The notes below the pieces were generated by a model. The model was not told the origin of the DNA and did not search any database. It saw only the letters and a list, made by a program, of their open reading frames with translations. From a virus: a DNA stretch of 64,000 bases. A program made the translations under genes and the position numbers. The stretch's first letter is position 1. Each line of letters opens with the position of its first letter. The stretch lies in the IMG/VR virus record IMGVR_UViG_3300011116_000922, positions 83,411-147,410 of that record; one strand, 5' to 3'. Below, in pieces: positions 19,274-28,867 of the stretch.

Positions 19274-21200
19274 CCCATATGTAATCGTTTCCGCGATCCA
19301 GTACAATCTTACGAGTCTTCTTGTCTAGCACCTGAAGTCCGGTTCCTGCGGGGTTGAGTACAACCACGCGACCGCTAACGGTTTCGTAGAATTCAACACC
19401 CATCTTGCGAACCTTTTTCACCTTGAGGGTGTAGTCTTTTCCGTTCTTCGTGCCGTAGATTTCGAATGTCGTTCCAACAGGATGGCTGTCGATTTCCGAC
19501 ATGAGTTGGGTTGCCAGTTTTACCGCGGTGTTTGCATCCAAGCCGACCATCTTGGATTTCTTCTTGGACTCAGGCTTGGAAATCAAATTACCACGGGCAT
19601 CTGTTTTGCGAGGCTTCAGGGGCTTATTCGAACCCACATAACGGTTGGGATCGTCTTGATCCACTCCGTAATTAATTGTTCCCATTTGAGGATTGCGGTC
19701 GCGCTTGATCTTGATGGCTTCAAGCAGCGATTCTACCAAGCGATTGCGCGAATTTCCAAACATATAGAATCCCTCTGTTTTCGTTTTTTCGTTTTTTGCT
19801 TCAGGCTTCTTCTCGGGGATGGTTTCACCACCGCGAGTCTGACTCAATAGCCCGATATCCTTTTGGAACTTATTAGAGAAGTCGATGATCTCGTCAACAG
19901 GAACAGGCTTGCCGCCCTTGGTGATGGTGCGAGTCTTCATGGTGGTGTTTGCGCCGCCACCGTTGGCAATGTCCACCGCACACTGTGCTGCCCAACGGTG
20001 GTGACCGTCAATCACATAACCGTCACTCACATAGATGGGTTCAAGCAGACGAGCGGCTTGCTTGGCGTAAGTCTCGTCTTCTTGTGCAGCAAGCAGTGTT
20101 CCGTACATTCCCGCAACCTTCTCGCCCTTCAACTGACCCTGAATGGGCTTCAGTGATGTCACAGGAACTTCCTGTTCTTCAATGGTGTAGCCCGCTGCTT
20201 CAAGAGCCTCGCGGTACTGCTTTTCCATGTTGACTTCGCTCTTCAGATCATCAGGAGTGACCTGATCGGGAGAAGTGTAACCCTTTCCTGCCATGAGTGC
20301 CTTGAAAGCAGGAGTGTCCTTGCGGCTTGAATCCACTTGCGAAGAAAACTGCGGCATACGGTCGCGGGGAATGCCCTTGGACACGCCGCTCTTTGTCTTG
20401 GGATCAAAGCAAAACCCAACATCAGCAAAAGCCTGTGAACACAACTCAAAGTCATACGCTTTTTCTCCACGCATAGCCGAAAGCGCAGCGTGGTTCAGTT
20501 CGTCCACGAACATACGCTCTTTCTTTGGATCACCAAAGACCGATTCCTTTGTGTCGCGTGGTCCAGCAAACTTCTTGGCTTTGATAGCCGCTGCCACGAT
20601 ATTTGCTTTACGCATATCGCGCTTGGTCTTGGCTGCGGCTGTAGCCTTGGGGTCTTCTTTGAACTCCGGGTCAAACTCGGTTTGTGGATTTTCTGCGCCA
20701 ACATCAGGATGCTCATCCTTGGCTTGTGGCTCTACCTTGGCTTGCGCTGCACCCGCTTGGCTACCTTGCGGTTGTGCTTGATACTGCGTATTAGCGGGAA
20801 CCGCTTGCGCTTTTTGGGTGGACTGTCCTGCTCCGGGTTGTCCTGCTGTTGCGGGTTTTCCTGCATTCGGTTGTGCGGCTCCCTGTGGTTGAGGATTCTT
20901 TTCGTTTCCGTCCTTGTCCAATTCCACTTCCTGCGATGTGTCCATTTTGCTGTGGTCTACACCGCTTGCAGGTCCTGTTCCTGCTGCCCATGACTTGGCT
21001 TTCTTCTCGTCATCAAAGCCGTAGTCCTTTTCGCCGTCTTTGTTCATGGCACCAAAGCGACCACTGGCAGTTTTCCACACTTCACCGGGCTTGTGACGGC
21101 TAGGCTTGGCAGGAGTCTGTGCAGGAGCCGATGGCTTCGGGGCTGCTGTGGCTTGAACTTCAAAAATAATGCTGCGTAGGCTTTTGTATTCTTCGCTCAT
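19266..21200 (-). CDS. modular protein with ParB/Srx-like domain
   Basis: LKPIQ...PIYVSDGYVIDGHHRWAA; N-terminal HKPGEVWKT module. Confidence 0.7.
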   Translation of the reverse strand: MSEEYKSLRSIIFEVQATAAPKPSAPAQTPAKPSRHKPGEVWKTASGRFGAMNKDGEKDYGFDDEKKAKSWAAGTGPASGVDHSKMDTSQEVELDKDGNEKNPQPQGAAQPNAGKPATAGQPGAGQSTQKAQAVPANTQYQAQPQGSQAGAAQAKVEPQAKDEHPDVGAENPQTEFDPEFKEDPKATAAAKTKRDMRKANIVAAAIKAKKFAGPRDTKESVFGDPKKERMFVDELNHAALSAMRGEKAYDFELCSQAFADVGFCFDPKTKSGVSKGIPRDRMPQFSSQVDSSRKDTPAFKALMAGKGYTSPDQVTPDDLKSEVNMEKQYREALEAAGYTIEEQEVPVTSLKPIQGQLKGEKVAGMYGTLLAAQEDETYAKQAARLLEPIYVSDGYVIDGHHRWAAQCAVDIANGGGANTTMKTRTITKGGKPVPVDEIIDFSNKFQKDIGLLSQTRGGETIPEKKPEAKNEKTKTEGFYMFGNSRNRLVESLLEAIKIKRDRNPQMGTINYGVDQDDPNRYVGSNKPLKPRKTDARGNLISKPESKKKSKMVGLDANTAVKLATQLMSEIDSHPVGTTFEIYGTKNGKDYTLKVKKVRKMGVEFYETVSGRVVVLNPAGTGLQVLDKKTRKIVLDRGNDYIWDA

Positions 21201-21676
21201 ACCCCGAAACTCCGTGTAAGTGTGGTGATCTTGTCGATTTGGGCTTGCAGTTTCTCTGTGCGTTTGGGCCAGTGAATATATTCTTTCTGCGGGTTCTTCA
21301 TCAAATTAGTTAGAAGGGGCAGAATGAGTGCTTCCACCTCTGCCATCTTGACTTTGCACTCGTCACGCATGGCATTGGTTCTGTCCTCAATCTCGTTAAG
21401 AACGGAAGACAGGCTTTCGCCCTGTTGCTGAAGGGATGCATTCAGTTCCCCCAGTTCCATGTTCAGCACCCGATCAATCTTTTCCTCCACCCGAGCAACT
21501 TGAGCGGATGAAGCAGGCTTGATTGCGGCAATCTTTACCTCAAGGTCTGCCAGTTTAGCCGCGATTGCCGAAACTGCATCAGCCGAAACCACTGGTTGCG
21601 GCTGCACCGGAGCAGAGATGTGGAGTTCTTCCTCATCTACTGCGGTGAAGCCGAAATCAAAAGTGGTGTCTGCCAT
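21197..21676 (-). CDS. conserved T4-like hypothetical protein
   Basis: DFGFTAVDEEEL...ILPLLTNLMKNP.KEYIHWP. Confidence 0.75.
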   Translation of the reverse strand: MADTTFDFGFTAVDEEELHISAPVQPQPVVSADAVSAIAAKLADLEVKIAAIKPASSAQVARVEEKIDRVLNMELGELNASLQQQGESLSSVLNEIEDRTNAMRDECKVKMAEVEALILPLLTNLMKNPQKEYIHWPKRTEKLQAQIDKITTLTRSFGV

Positions 21677-21682
21677 ATGATA

Positions 21683-23608
21683 TTATGAGATTGGCGGTGT
21701 GTATCTGAGACATCGTTTAACGAGCAGTTCTCCGAGGTACGAATATCCTCCGGTTATTCCCGCTCCATCCAAGTGAGCCGGGAAGTCTCCAACAGTTCCA
21801 CTGGCTGTTTGATAGAAATTGCGGTTTCCATTGAACGCATTTCCTAAACTCAATCCGCCGTAGGTGGTTCCGAAAGATCCGGTACCCAATTTTGTAATAT
21901 CTACAAATAGCACATTTGAATACGAGGACAAAGCAGAATAATCCGGTAGAGTTTCTGAATAATTTTTACCAACAACCCTCAATGAATCCATGTTTCCGTC
22001 ATCAGGATTTGTGGGGTGAGTTACCGATATAATAAATGCCAAATCATTTTCCGGGTATCCTAGAGTGTCCCAATTTGTTTTATACGAGTCAACGAGAATT
22101 TTTACTTGTATTGGAAAATTAGTAGCCGCTTGGGTTTCCGTGGTTCCCGGAGTACCACCAACATCGTTGATTCCGCTATTCAACCACACAATAACATTAC
22201 CGCTTCCGCCTGCCTCAATCTGGCGTTCTCGTATTTCTTGAAGAATAGTCTTCATTCCGCTATTGTTGTAACCAACAGGGTCTGTTCTTCCAAACTTGAC
22301 CGCTTCTTTTGCAATTCCTTCAGTTGTATAACCACTCAAGCATATCATGGGCTGAATTGCCCAACCTTTTTTGTTGCAGTGAACGGATTCAACAAACACA
22401 CAAACTGGCCCCAGAGTATGATAATTCGGAACAGTAACTTGTCCAAACGCACTTTGATTTTGATTCCACTGATATGAAAGAGACACACCAACACGATTTG
22501 CATCAGCGGGCCATGTTAGTTTACTTACGGTTTTTGCTGTTACGCCATTTAATCCTGCCCAAGCACTGAATGTCCTTCCACGATCCGTTGTACCAGTGCA
22601 TGGTGGATAAACAGTGGCTCCTACTTGATAGGGGTTTCCACCGGGCTGTCCCCAAACATAAGGAGAAATGCCTGATGCTGCACTATATCCAATTCCGGTT
22701 GACAATCCACCCATCCACAACACCAAACAAGAGGTTGATGCACCTGTTCCGGGAAGAAGAGAGTGGACTACGCGATAGGTTAAAGCATTTCTGCTGTCTA
22801 TTCCACTTCCTCGTACATCAGCATCGCTTGGATTAAATTCGTGTATGTTTGCGTATTCGTTGTACATATAAGTTGCACCGGGTTTCGGCAACCATGCACA
22901 CGCAGACAAATAAATATTTGCTCCTGATCCTCGGTCGTATGCAAATCCAACATCCATTCCCGTAAAATCCATGAAAGATCGAACATCAGCAGGAGCATCC
23001 CGCAAATCTGCAAATGTATTTCCAGAACCGTCTACATTCACTCTTGGCATAACATTATCGTTTCTCCACCAAGCCGAAGTAAAAGCAGCACCACCAAGCG
23101 GCAGAGAAATGCCACTGGCATACAGCGGTGTTGCGTACATTCCCGAGCAACAACCACGAATCAAACCACGGGCAAGACCTAATACCCAACCTGCGCCAGC
23201 GGGAGAACTGGTATTAGAATCACCAGTAACAATAAAGTCTACGCTATCGGTTCCTGCCTTTAGTTTTGCCAACATAGCAAGAGCAGCAGGAGAACCATAC
23301 AATCCGGTCGGCAATGCCGATGGAATATATGTTTGTGCAATCAACTGGTCTTGCGTTGCAGCCGTGGTTCCAAGGGCAGTATTAATAACAGTAAAACTCA
23401 AAGCACTGGCATTTTCCCTACCAAGGCTGTCCAAAGCAACCTTTTTGCCCGCGATCCGATTCACTAGCACACTGACAGGAATACCCGCGCTTGCACCCGC
23501 CCCAAGTGTCACACCTGTGAACAAGCCATTTCCGAACTTCTGTGCCATTCGGGTTGCAACGCGAGACAGCCGATCCTGCAATGAACGCTTATCATTTGGT
23601 AAAGCCAT
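21683..23608 (-). CDS. SGNH/GDSL hydrolase-domain protein
   Basis: VTGDSNT, SGYT, NSGIND, C-terminal AHL; AT-richer than flanks. Confidence 0.7.
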   Translation of the reverse strand: MALPNDKRSLQDRLSRVATRMAQKFGNGLFTGVTLGAGASAGIPVSVLVNRIAGKKVALDSLGRENASALSFTVINTALGTTAATQDQLIAQTYIPSALPTGLYGSPAALAMLAKLKAGTDSVDFIVTGDSNTSSPAGAGWVLGLARGLIRGCCSGMYATPLYASGISLPLGGAAFTSAWWRNDNVMPRVNVDGSGNTFADLRDAPADVRSFMDFTGMDVGFAYDRGSGANIYLSACAWLPKPGATYMYNEYANIHEFNPSDADVRGSGIDSRNALTYRVVHSLLPGTGASTSCLVLWMGGLSTGIGYSAASGISPYVWGQPGGNPYQVGATVYPPCTGTTDRGRTFSAWAGLNGVTAKTVSKLTWPADANRVGVSLSYQWNQNQSAFGQVTVPNYHTLGPVCVFVESVHCNKKGWAIQPMICLSGYTTEGIAKEAVKFGRTDPVGYNNSGMKTILQEIRERQIEAGGSGNVIVWLNSGINDVGGTPGTTETQAATNFPIQVKILVDSYKTNWDTLGYPENDLAFIISVTHPTNPDDGNMDSLRVVGKNYSETLPDYSALSSYSNVLFVDITKLGTGSFGTTYGGLSLGNAFNGNRNFYQTASGTVGDFPAHLDGAGITGGYSYLGELLVKRCLRYTPPIS

Positions 23609-23628
23609 ATGATCCCCTGATTGGATTT

Positions 23629-24342
23629 TTAGTTAACCGACCAAGTGTGTCCGCCGCCACTAGTGGAGTTAAAGTAAATGGTTGCGGTGTAGCCCGAAAC
23701 CGTGTAGTTCTCGAAAGTTGCGCCTGCGATGCCACGGGTTCCGCGAGTCACTCCCACAACTTCAATGCTGAACCCGGTTCCCGCAGCCTTTGCGAATGGC
23801 GAAGCGTAACCAAGTGGAACTCCTGTGTTTGTGAGTCGGGCTGCGCCACCACCAGTAACACCCACTGTGAGGTATTCTCCGGGATTGAACACAATTCTGT
23901 CCAAATATGTCAGCGTGATTCCGGCTGCGCCACCGTTCAGGTTGACTTGGAAATCTCCCGCAGAAAGCGCGGTGCCAAGAGTGTATCCACTGTAAGTGAA
24001 CACATCGAAATCCGCTCCGCTGCGGACAAACTTGGGCATATAGATGCCAAGGGTCTGTCCTTCAAATGCTCCAATATTGATTCCGCTGGCAGCAGTTTCA
24101 CCACGGGGATTCTGCAAAGACGATGTGAGCGCAAGTGAAACAGGCGCGGTTCCGAAAGGAGGGAACCCCTTACCAGTGGTTACTCCGGTGATTCCGAAGC
24201 CCAGTTTCTTTGCCTGACGCTCAAATGCCACTGCGCCAGTGCGTCCGGTCGAGTTTACGCCGTGTGAGGCATACAAGTGACCAAGAATGTTTCCAAGTTT
24301 GTTTGCTCTTGCCAGTTCGGCTGATCCTGCGGTAAATGCCAT
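23629..24342 (-). CDS. G/T/A-rich structural protein
   Basis: Composition; RBS AAGGA; upstream ATAAATA. Confidence 0.6.
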   Translation of the reverse strand: MAFTAGSAELARANKLGNILGHLYASHGVNSTGRTGAVAFERQAKKLGFGITGVTTGKGFPPFGTAPVSLALTSSLQNPRGETAASGINIGAFEGQTLGIYMPKFVRSGADFDVFTYSGYTLGTALSAGDFQVNLNGGAAGITLTYLDRIVFNPGEYLTVGVTGGGAARLTNTGVPLGYASPFAKAAGTGFSIEVVGVTRGTRGIAGATFENYTVSGYTATIYFNSTSGGGHTWSVN

Positions 24343-24420
24343 TGGTATATCCTTTCGATGGGGGGATGGCTTGTCTCTTTATTTATTCATTTGCAAAGTG
24401 CCACGCACCAAACTAATATT

Positions 24421-24900
24421 TCATTTCATCAGTTTAGCCGTGGTCACGGTGCGCTGATTTTCCACACTGGAAAAACGGTTTGTTACATTAGTTCCCACAA
24501 TCTTGTAGCCGAACTCCTTGCCGAATCGCTTCATCATGGCACTGTAGACAGCATCGCGCTTGCCTTCGCTTGTCTTTGACACCATGTCCAGTTCCTTCGG
24601 CAGTTCACCCCGTGCTTCCATGTGGTCTTTCAGGAACAGGCGCACTGCCTCCACCACCGTAGCCAGTATGCGATACGGCTTGCCTGCGTGTGTGAGGTCG
24701 TGTGAGCCGTCAAGCGTAAAGTTGATTTCCCATCCACTCACCTTGATCTTGCTGATGTCAATGTTCAGGTACTGACCGTTTTCGGTCTGTGCCTGATAGG
24801 TGACTTCAATAGTGGTGGGACCGTAACCAATCCGCTTCATTTCGCGCACAGGCAACGGACGGTCAAATACTTCAGTAAGGTAGGAGCGGAAGTCTATCAT
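24421..24900 (-). CDS. putative capsid-targeted internal protein
   Basis: MIDFRSYLTE; ILATVVEAV..F motif shared with next gene. Confidence 0.7.
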   Translation of the reverse strand: MIDFRSYLTEVFDRPLPVREMKRIGYGPTTIEVTYQAQTENGQYLNIDISKIKVSGWEINFTLDGSHDLTHAGKPYRILATVVEAVRLFLKDHMEARGELPKELDMVSKTSEGKRDAVYSAMMKRFGKEFGYKIVGTNVTNRFSSVENQRTVTTAKLMK

Positions 24901-25595
24901 TGCATATCCTTGAATGGATCGTGGGATTTGTCAAACCACACAATCGCGGGTGCTGCCATTTCTCCACGCCCAAACGCCAAGTCGTAAACCTTTCCACCTG
25001 CTGCGGTGGCGGCTTTACGAGCCAGTGCCTTGTAGATGCGACCACGCGCAGGATTTGCGTCTTTCTTTGTGCCAATCAAAACGCCTCGGGGTTTCACTTC
25101 ATCAACGAATTTCTTTGTAGCGTCCACTACCGTGCCAAGGATTGCTGCTGCTTCTCCTGCACCAAGCCAGTTCAGGTCTTCGTCTGATCCTATATCAAAC
25201 GAGTGCCAGTAGTATTGGCTGTAATCGTGGATTTTAGAACCAACAGGACGCGGACGGGGCGGCATACGGCGTAGTTCCGTGAGTTGGCGTTCAAAGCCCA
25301 ATTCCCAAATGTTTTTAGTGTCCAACAAATTATAGAACAGCGAAAACTCTTCGTATCCTTCAACCCAACCGCTGCTGATTTCCGTGAAGTCCACAGAATA
25401 GGTGTACACCGTTGGCTCAATCCCGTTTACATAGTTGGCTTCCACCCAATCGTCCAGTTGCTTTCCGAATCTCGGAACAGGATACAAGCGACCGCGCTTC
25501 TCCTGCACAATGAAAGTGTAGGTGTCGCGGGACATCCGTTCCAATTGGAACTTTTTGTCAAACAGTTCGGTCAGATATGAACGGAATGTGTTCAT
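24897..25595 (-). CDS. putative capsid-targeted internal protein
   Basis: MNTFRSYLTE; ILGTVVDAT..F motif. Confidence 0.7.
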   Translation of the reverse strand: MNTFRSYLTELFDKKFQLERMSRDTYTFIVQEKRGRLYPVPRFGKQLDDWVEANYVNGIEPTVYTYSVDFTEISSGWVEGYEEFSLFYNLLDTKNIWELGFERQLTELRRMPPRPRPVGSKIHDYSQYYWHSFDIGSDEDLNWLGAGEAAAILGTVVDATKKFVDEVKPRGVLIGTKKDANPARGRIYKALARKAATAAGGKVYDLAFGRGEMAAPAIVWFDKSHDPFKDMQ

Positions 25596-26332
25596 ACGGC
25601 TTTACGCTTCACCTTTCCGTGCAGTTGACGGGAGAAGGTTTCGGAGCGGTAGTCCACAGCCTTGTCGGAGTATGTGGTGTAGCCGCCCTTTACCCACGAA
25701 TCAGCGTAGGTCATCTGATTTCCGCCTGTCATCTGCGACAACTTCAAACCCGTGACTTCAACGGTGTCGCCCAAGCGAATGGGCGGCAAGCCTTCCTTGC
25801 GATCCGCTGTGCCAATGTAGCCCATGAGCATCCAGCCTTCATCAGTCTGAATGCGAACACGCCACCGCCACACGCTCATCTTTGCGTCATACGCTTTCTG
25901 ACCGGGAGTATCCACACGCGGACTATTACTCTTCCCTTCACGCTCTCCAATGCGGAAGCGCGTCATTCTGTATTTCTTTGTCTTCACGGGAACATCAAAC
26001 ACAGGAACCAACTGCACAATCTTGCCGCTGATGCTGAACGGCATCCGAAAGTACTCGGGCTTGGGCTTGGCTGTGTCGCCGTGTTCTGTGCCTTCGCGCA
26101 CTGCCTTGCCGAATGCGGCACTGGCATTGAACGGTTTGGACAGGTCAAGCACTTGCACACGGAATGAATGCCATCCGTCCTTGGCAGCGAGTGCCTTTAC
26201 GCGCTCCACATCCGCTTCGCTCTTGGCTTGGGTGTACAGAATCTTTTCGTGGATGCGATCACGCTTGCCGCGAGGCAGTCCCCACAGCACCCATTCCTTG
26301 GCTTCAGTGAGATAATTGCTAAACCCTTTCAT
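25592..26332 (-). CDS. putative capsid-targeted internal protein
   Basis: MKGFSNYLTE; ATGA coupling. Confidence 0.7.
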   Translation of the reverse strand: MKGFSNYLTEAKEWVLWGLPRGKRDRIHEKILYTQAKSEADVERVKALAAKDGWHSFRVQVLDLSKPFNASAAFGKAVREGTEHGDTAKPKPEYFRMPFSISGKIVQLVPVFDVPVKTKKYRMTRFRIGEREGKSNSPRVDTPGQKAYDAKMSVWRWRVRIQTDEGWMLMGYIGTADRKEGLPPIRLGDTVEVTGLKLSQMTGGNQMTYADSWVKGGYTTYSDKAVDYRSETFSRQLHGKVKRKAV

Positions 26333-26898
26333 ATCGCGCCCTCCACATCCATGTCTACCACTGTGTAGCCGGGGAACATACGCGCAAGGTTGTTTGCCAC
26401 GCGGTTCTTGCCCCGCTGAAGCGCACGATCACGCAGCAGATTATCGCCTGTAGACGCAGAGATGAGTGAAACGGTTTTGCGGAAACGGTCAACGCGACCT
26501 TGGTAATCAGGCATACCGTTCTTGTTGGCGGATCGTTCAGCCGCAACATTGTATTCAGGAATATCGTTGTGTATCACATTCGCGGTTTCGTGTGGAGGAA
26601 TTTCCCAGACAATGATTTTTCCACTGTCCCACCACCACAGCAGGGGCAAGTACTGGCGCAGAGTCTTTGCATCGCTTGTGGGCGGCAGTCCCCACTTCTC
26701 AAGCCAACGGGCATTGGGATTGTCGTGACCAGTGGAATCATATGCTGCGTACACCTTGCCGTCATAGGTGGTTTCGTCACGCAACCGCTTCAGCGTTTTC
26801 GCTGCGGTGGTTTTGTAGCCCCGTGGCTTTCGTGCGCCTGCCACGGCTTTTGTTGATGCGATCACTGCTTCGTGAAGATGTGCGCGGAATGACTTCAT
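26329..26898 (-). CDS. putative capsid-targeted internal protein
   Basis: MKSFRAHLHE. Confidence 0.65.
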   Translation of the reverse strand: MKSFRAHLHEAVIASTKAVAGARKPRGYKTTAAKTLKRLRDETTYDGKVYAAYDSTGHDNPNARWLEKWGLPPTSDAKTLRQYLPLLWWWDSGKIIVWEIPPHETANVIHNDIPEYNVAAERSANKNGMPDYQGRVDRFRKTVSLISASTGDNLLRDRALQRGKNRVANNLARMFPGYTVVDMDVEGAI

Positions 26899-26899
26899 T

Positions 26900-28069
26900 T
26901 TAGATCCAAGTGTAAGACATTTGAACTGGTTCAATTCCCAAGAACTCCATGAATGCAGAGAATCCTGCGCTCAAGAGTCCTGCAAAGAAATCAACGATTT
27001 TGCGGACAGCGGACACCAAGATGTCCCATCCGCGCCCAATTGCGGTTTTTGCTGCCGCGTACCAATCGCTTAAGCCTTCATTCAAGTGATTGCGGATTTC
27101 AGTGTATCGGGCTTCGTCAAGTGGCTTTCCGCCCGAGAAGTCGATTCGCGCAGCAATGCCGCGTGAGCCACCGCCGCTTGCGCTGCTCTTGCGACCACGA
27201 TCACGCAGCGAAAACTTGAAGTGCGGCAAAGTGTTGCGGATGAATTCATCTGCATTGGCAAACTTCACCGTGCCGTTGTCGAACCACTCAAGGAAATGCG
27301 AGGCAATAAAGTCGGGCTTGTTGAAGCGGCGTTCGCCTGTTGCGAATTCACGCAGCAGTGCAACACGGTTCTCGGGCTTGTTCATAAACTCGCTCATCTC
27401 AAGCGTGAGCCGTTCCTTGATGCCCAATACGCTCAGAAACTTGTTCATTTGCGCTATTTCGGCTTTGGTGGGCGTGACTGCTCCGCTCTTGAATCCGGTC
27501 ACGCGAGACAGCAGTGCATCGAATCCGTCTTCGCCGTACATTTTCTCGTACCGCTTGCGCGTAGCCTTGTACACTGCTTCATTGCCTGTTTCAAGAATGA
27601 TCTGCGAAATTGCCCGTGCAATGGGTGCGCCGCGACCACCATTAAACACTGCGTTAAGCACTGCGTATATTTCGTTGGTCTGTGCAGACGCGATTTGTGC
27701 GTTCACGCCGTACTTCACGGAGCAGCGGTACTTGTCACCCGTGGTGATGAACACCACATCGGTCTTGGGTTCGCCGCTCTTCACGCTCTTTCCTGTGCCG
27801 CCGCTTGTGTACGCAAGTGTGAGTGCTTCGCGTGGAGCCTTTCCTGCCATGCGGAAAGCCAATCGCGGCTTGCCGTCCATGTGTACCAACATACTGTTTA
27901 CACAGCCACGCGCAACGGCTTCTGCGGCTTTGCTTTGGTACTTCAGCGCAGCACCGCGATCCGCACCTTCGGATGAAGCGTCATTGAACGCTTTCACCAA
28001 GTCACCTTCGAATTTTGTGGTGTTGATTTTAGCCGTGGCTTCGGAAAGATATGAAACGAATCGCTTCAC
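26900..28069 (-). CDS. capsid-targeted protein with restriction-endonuclease-like motif
   Basis: GTG start (M)KRFVSYLSE; EPKTDVVF...CSVK. Confidence 0.6.
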   Translation of the reverse strand: MKRFVSYLSEATAKINTTKFEGDLVKAFNDASSEGADRGAALKYQSKAAEAVARGCVNSMLVHMDGKPRLAFRMAGKAPREALTLAYTSGGTGKSVKSGEPKTDVVFITTGDKYRCSVKYGVNAQIASAQTNEIYAVLNAVFNGGRGAPIARAISQIILETGNEAVYKATRKRYEKMYGEDGFDALLSRVTGFKSGAVTPTKAEIAQMNKFLSVLGIKERLTLEMSEFMNKPENRVALLREFATGERRFNKPDFIASHFLEWFDNGTVKFANADEFIRNTLPHFKFSLRDRGRKSSASGGGSRGIAARIDFSGGKPLDEARYTEIRNHLNEGLSDWYAAAKTAIGRGWDILVSAVRKIVDFFAGLLSAGFSAFMEFLGIEPVQMSYTWI

Positions 28070-28830
28070 GATATGGTTCTCCATTCTTTTGGATTGTACC
28101 GATTGAAATGCGATGATAATGGTTTCAGTCCAACGCGCTCCACCACGACCACCTCAAAGTTGCCACCGCTTTCGCTGATCTCGCGCAAGGCTGCACGAAT
28201 GGACTCTGCGTTGGTGCCTTCCAGTGACGGTGAGTTCTGTGGAGTTCCCGAGTACACTTTGAGCCACCCGCGCTGATACGCAAGCATCTGCACACTGTGC
28301 GACAAGTCAATGTCTTCCTTCAGGATTGCCTTCTTGATTTCTTCTGCCGTCCACGGATGCTCCGCACCGTCATTTCCGTAGCGCGGCAAGTTGTGTGTAT
28401 TGCGGCGATCCGCTTCTGCTTGCAGACCCTGTTCCAGTTCGGTATTTGAAATGCCGAACTTGGCAGGAGACTTCACGATTTGCGTGACATGGTAACCGTC
28501 TTTGGCATGGAGGAAGGTGAACCACTGCTTGGTGGGATGCCACCACCCCGCTCGTTGGGTATATCCCGTGCCGCCCCACGGAAACGGATCGCGCTGTGGT
28601 GCGGATTTTTGTGCGCTCTTTTTCCGTTGTGAGTTTGCAAATGCCTTTGCTGCCACCCGTGCCATCATTGCGCCGTACTTCTTTTGCTGCCTGCGGTCAA
28701 ACATGATGTCTGCACGGCTACGGGCACTGGCAACTTCCGGTGGCGTGTACGCATTGGGATTGTCTAAAATCTCAAGTCGCTCACCAATGGCAAGCCGTGC
28801 CTCTTTTAGAAATGCAAAAATGTCTTTCAT
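28066..28830 (-). CDS. putative capsid-targeted internal protein
   Basis: MKDIFAFLKE; upstream CTAAATA. Confidence 0.65.
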   Translation of the reverse strand: MKDIFAFLKEARLAIGERLEILDNPNAYTPPEVASARSRADIMFDRRQQKKYGAMMARVAAKAFANSQRKKSAQKSAPQRDPFPWGGTGYTQRAGWWHPTKQWFTFLHAKDGYHVTQIVKSPAKFGISNTELEQGLQAEADRRNTHNLPRYGNDGAEHPWTAEEIKKAILKEDIDLSHSVQMLAYQRGWLKVYSGTPQNSPSLEGTNAESIRAALREISESGGNFEVVVVERVGLKPLSSHFNRYNPKEWRTIS

Positions 28831-28867
28831 GTCCGCAGACCCCCTGTATCAAAGTATTTAGCCCCAT

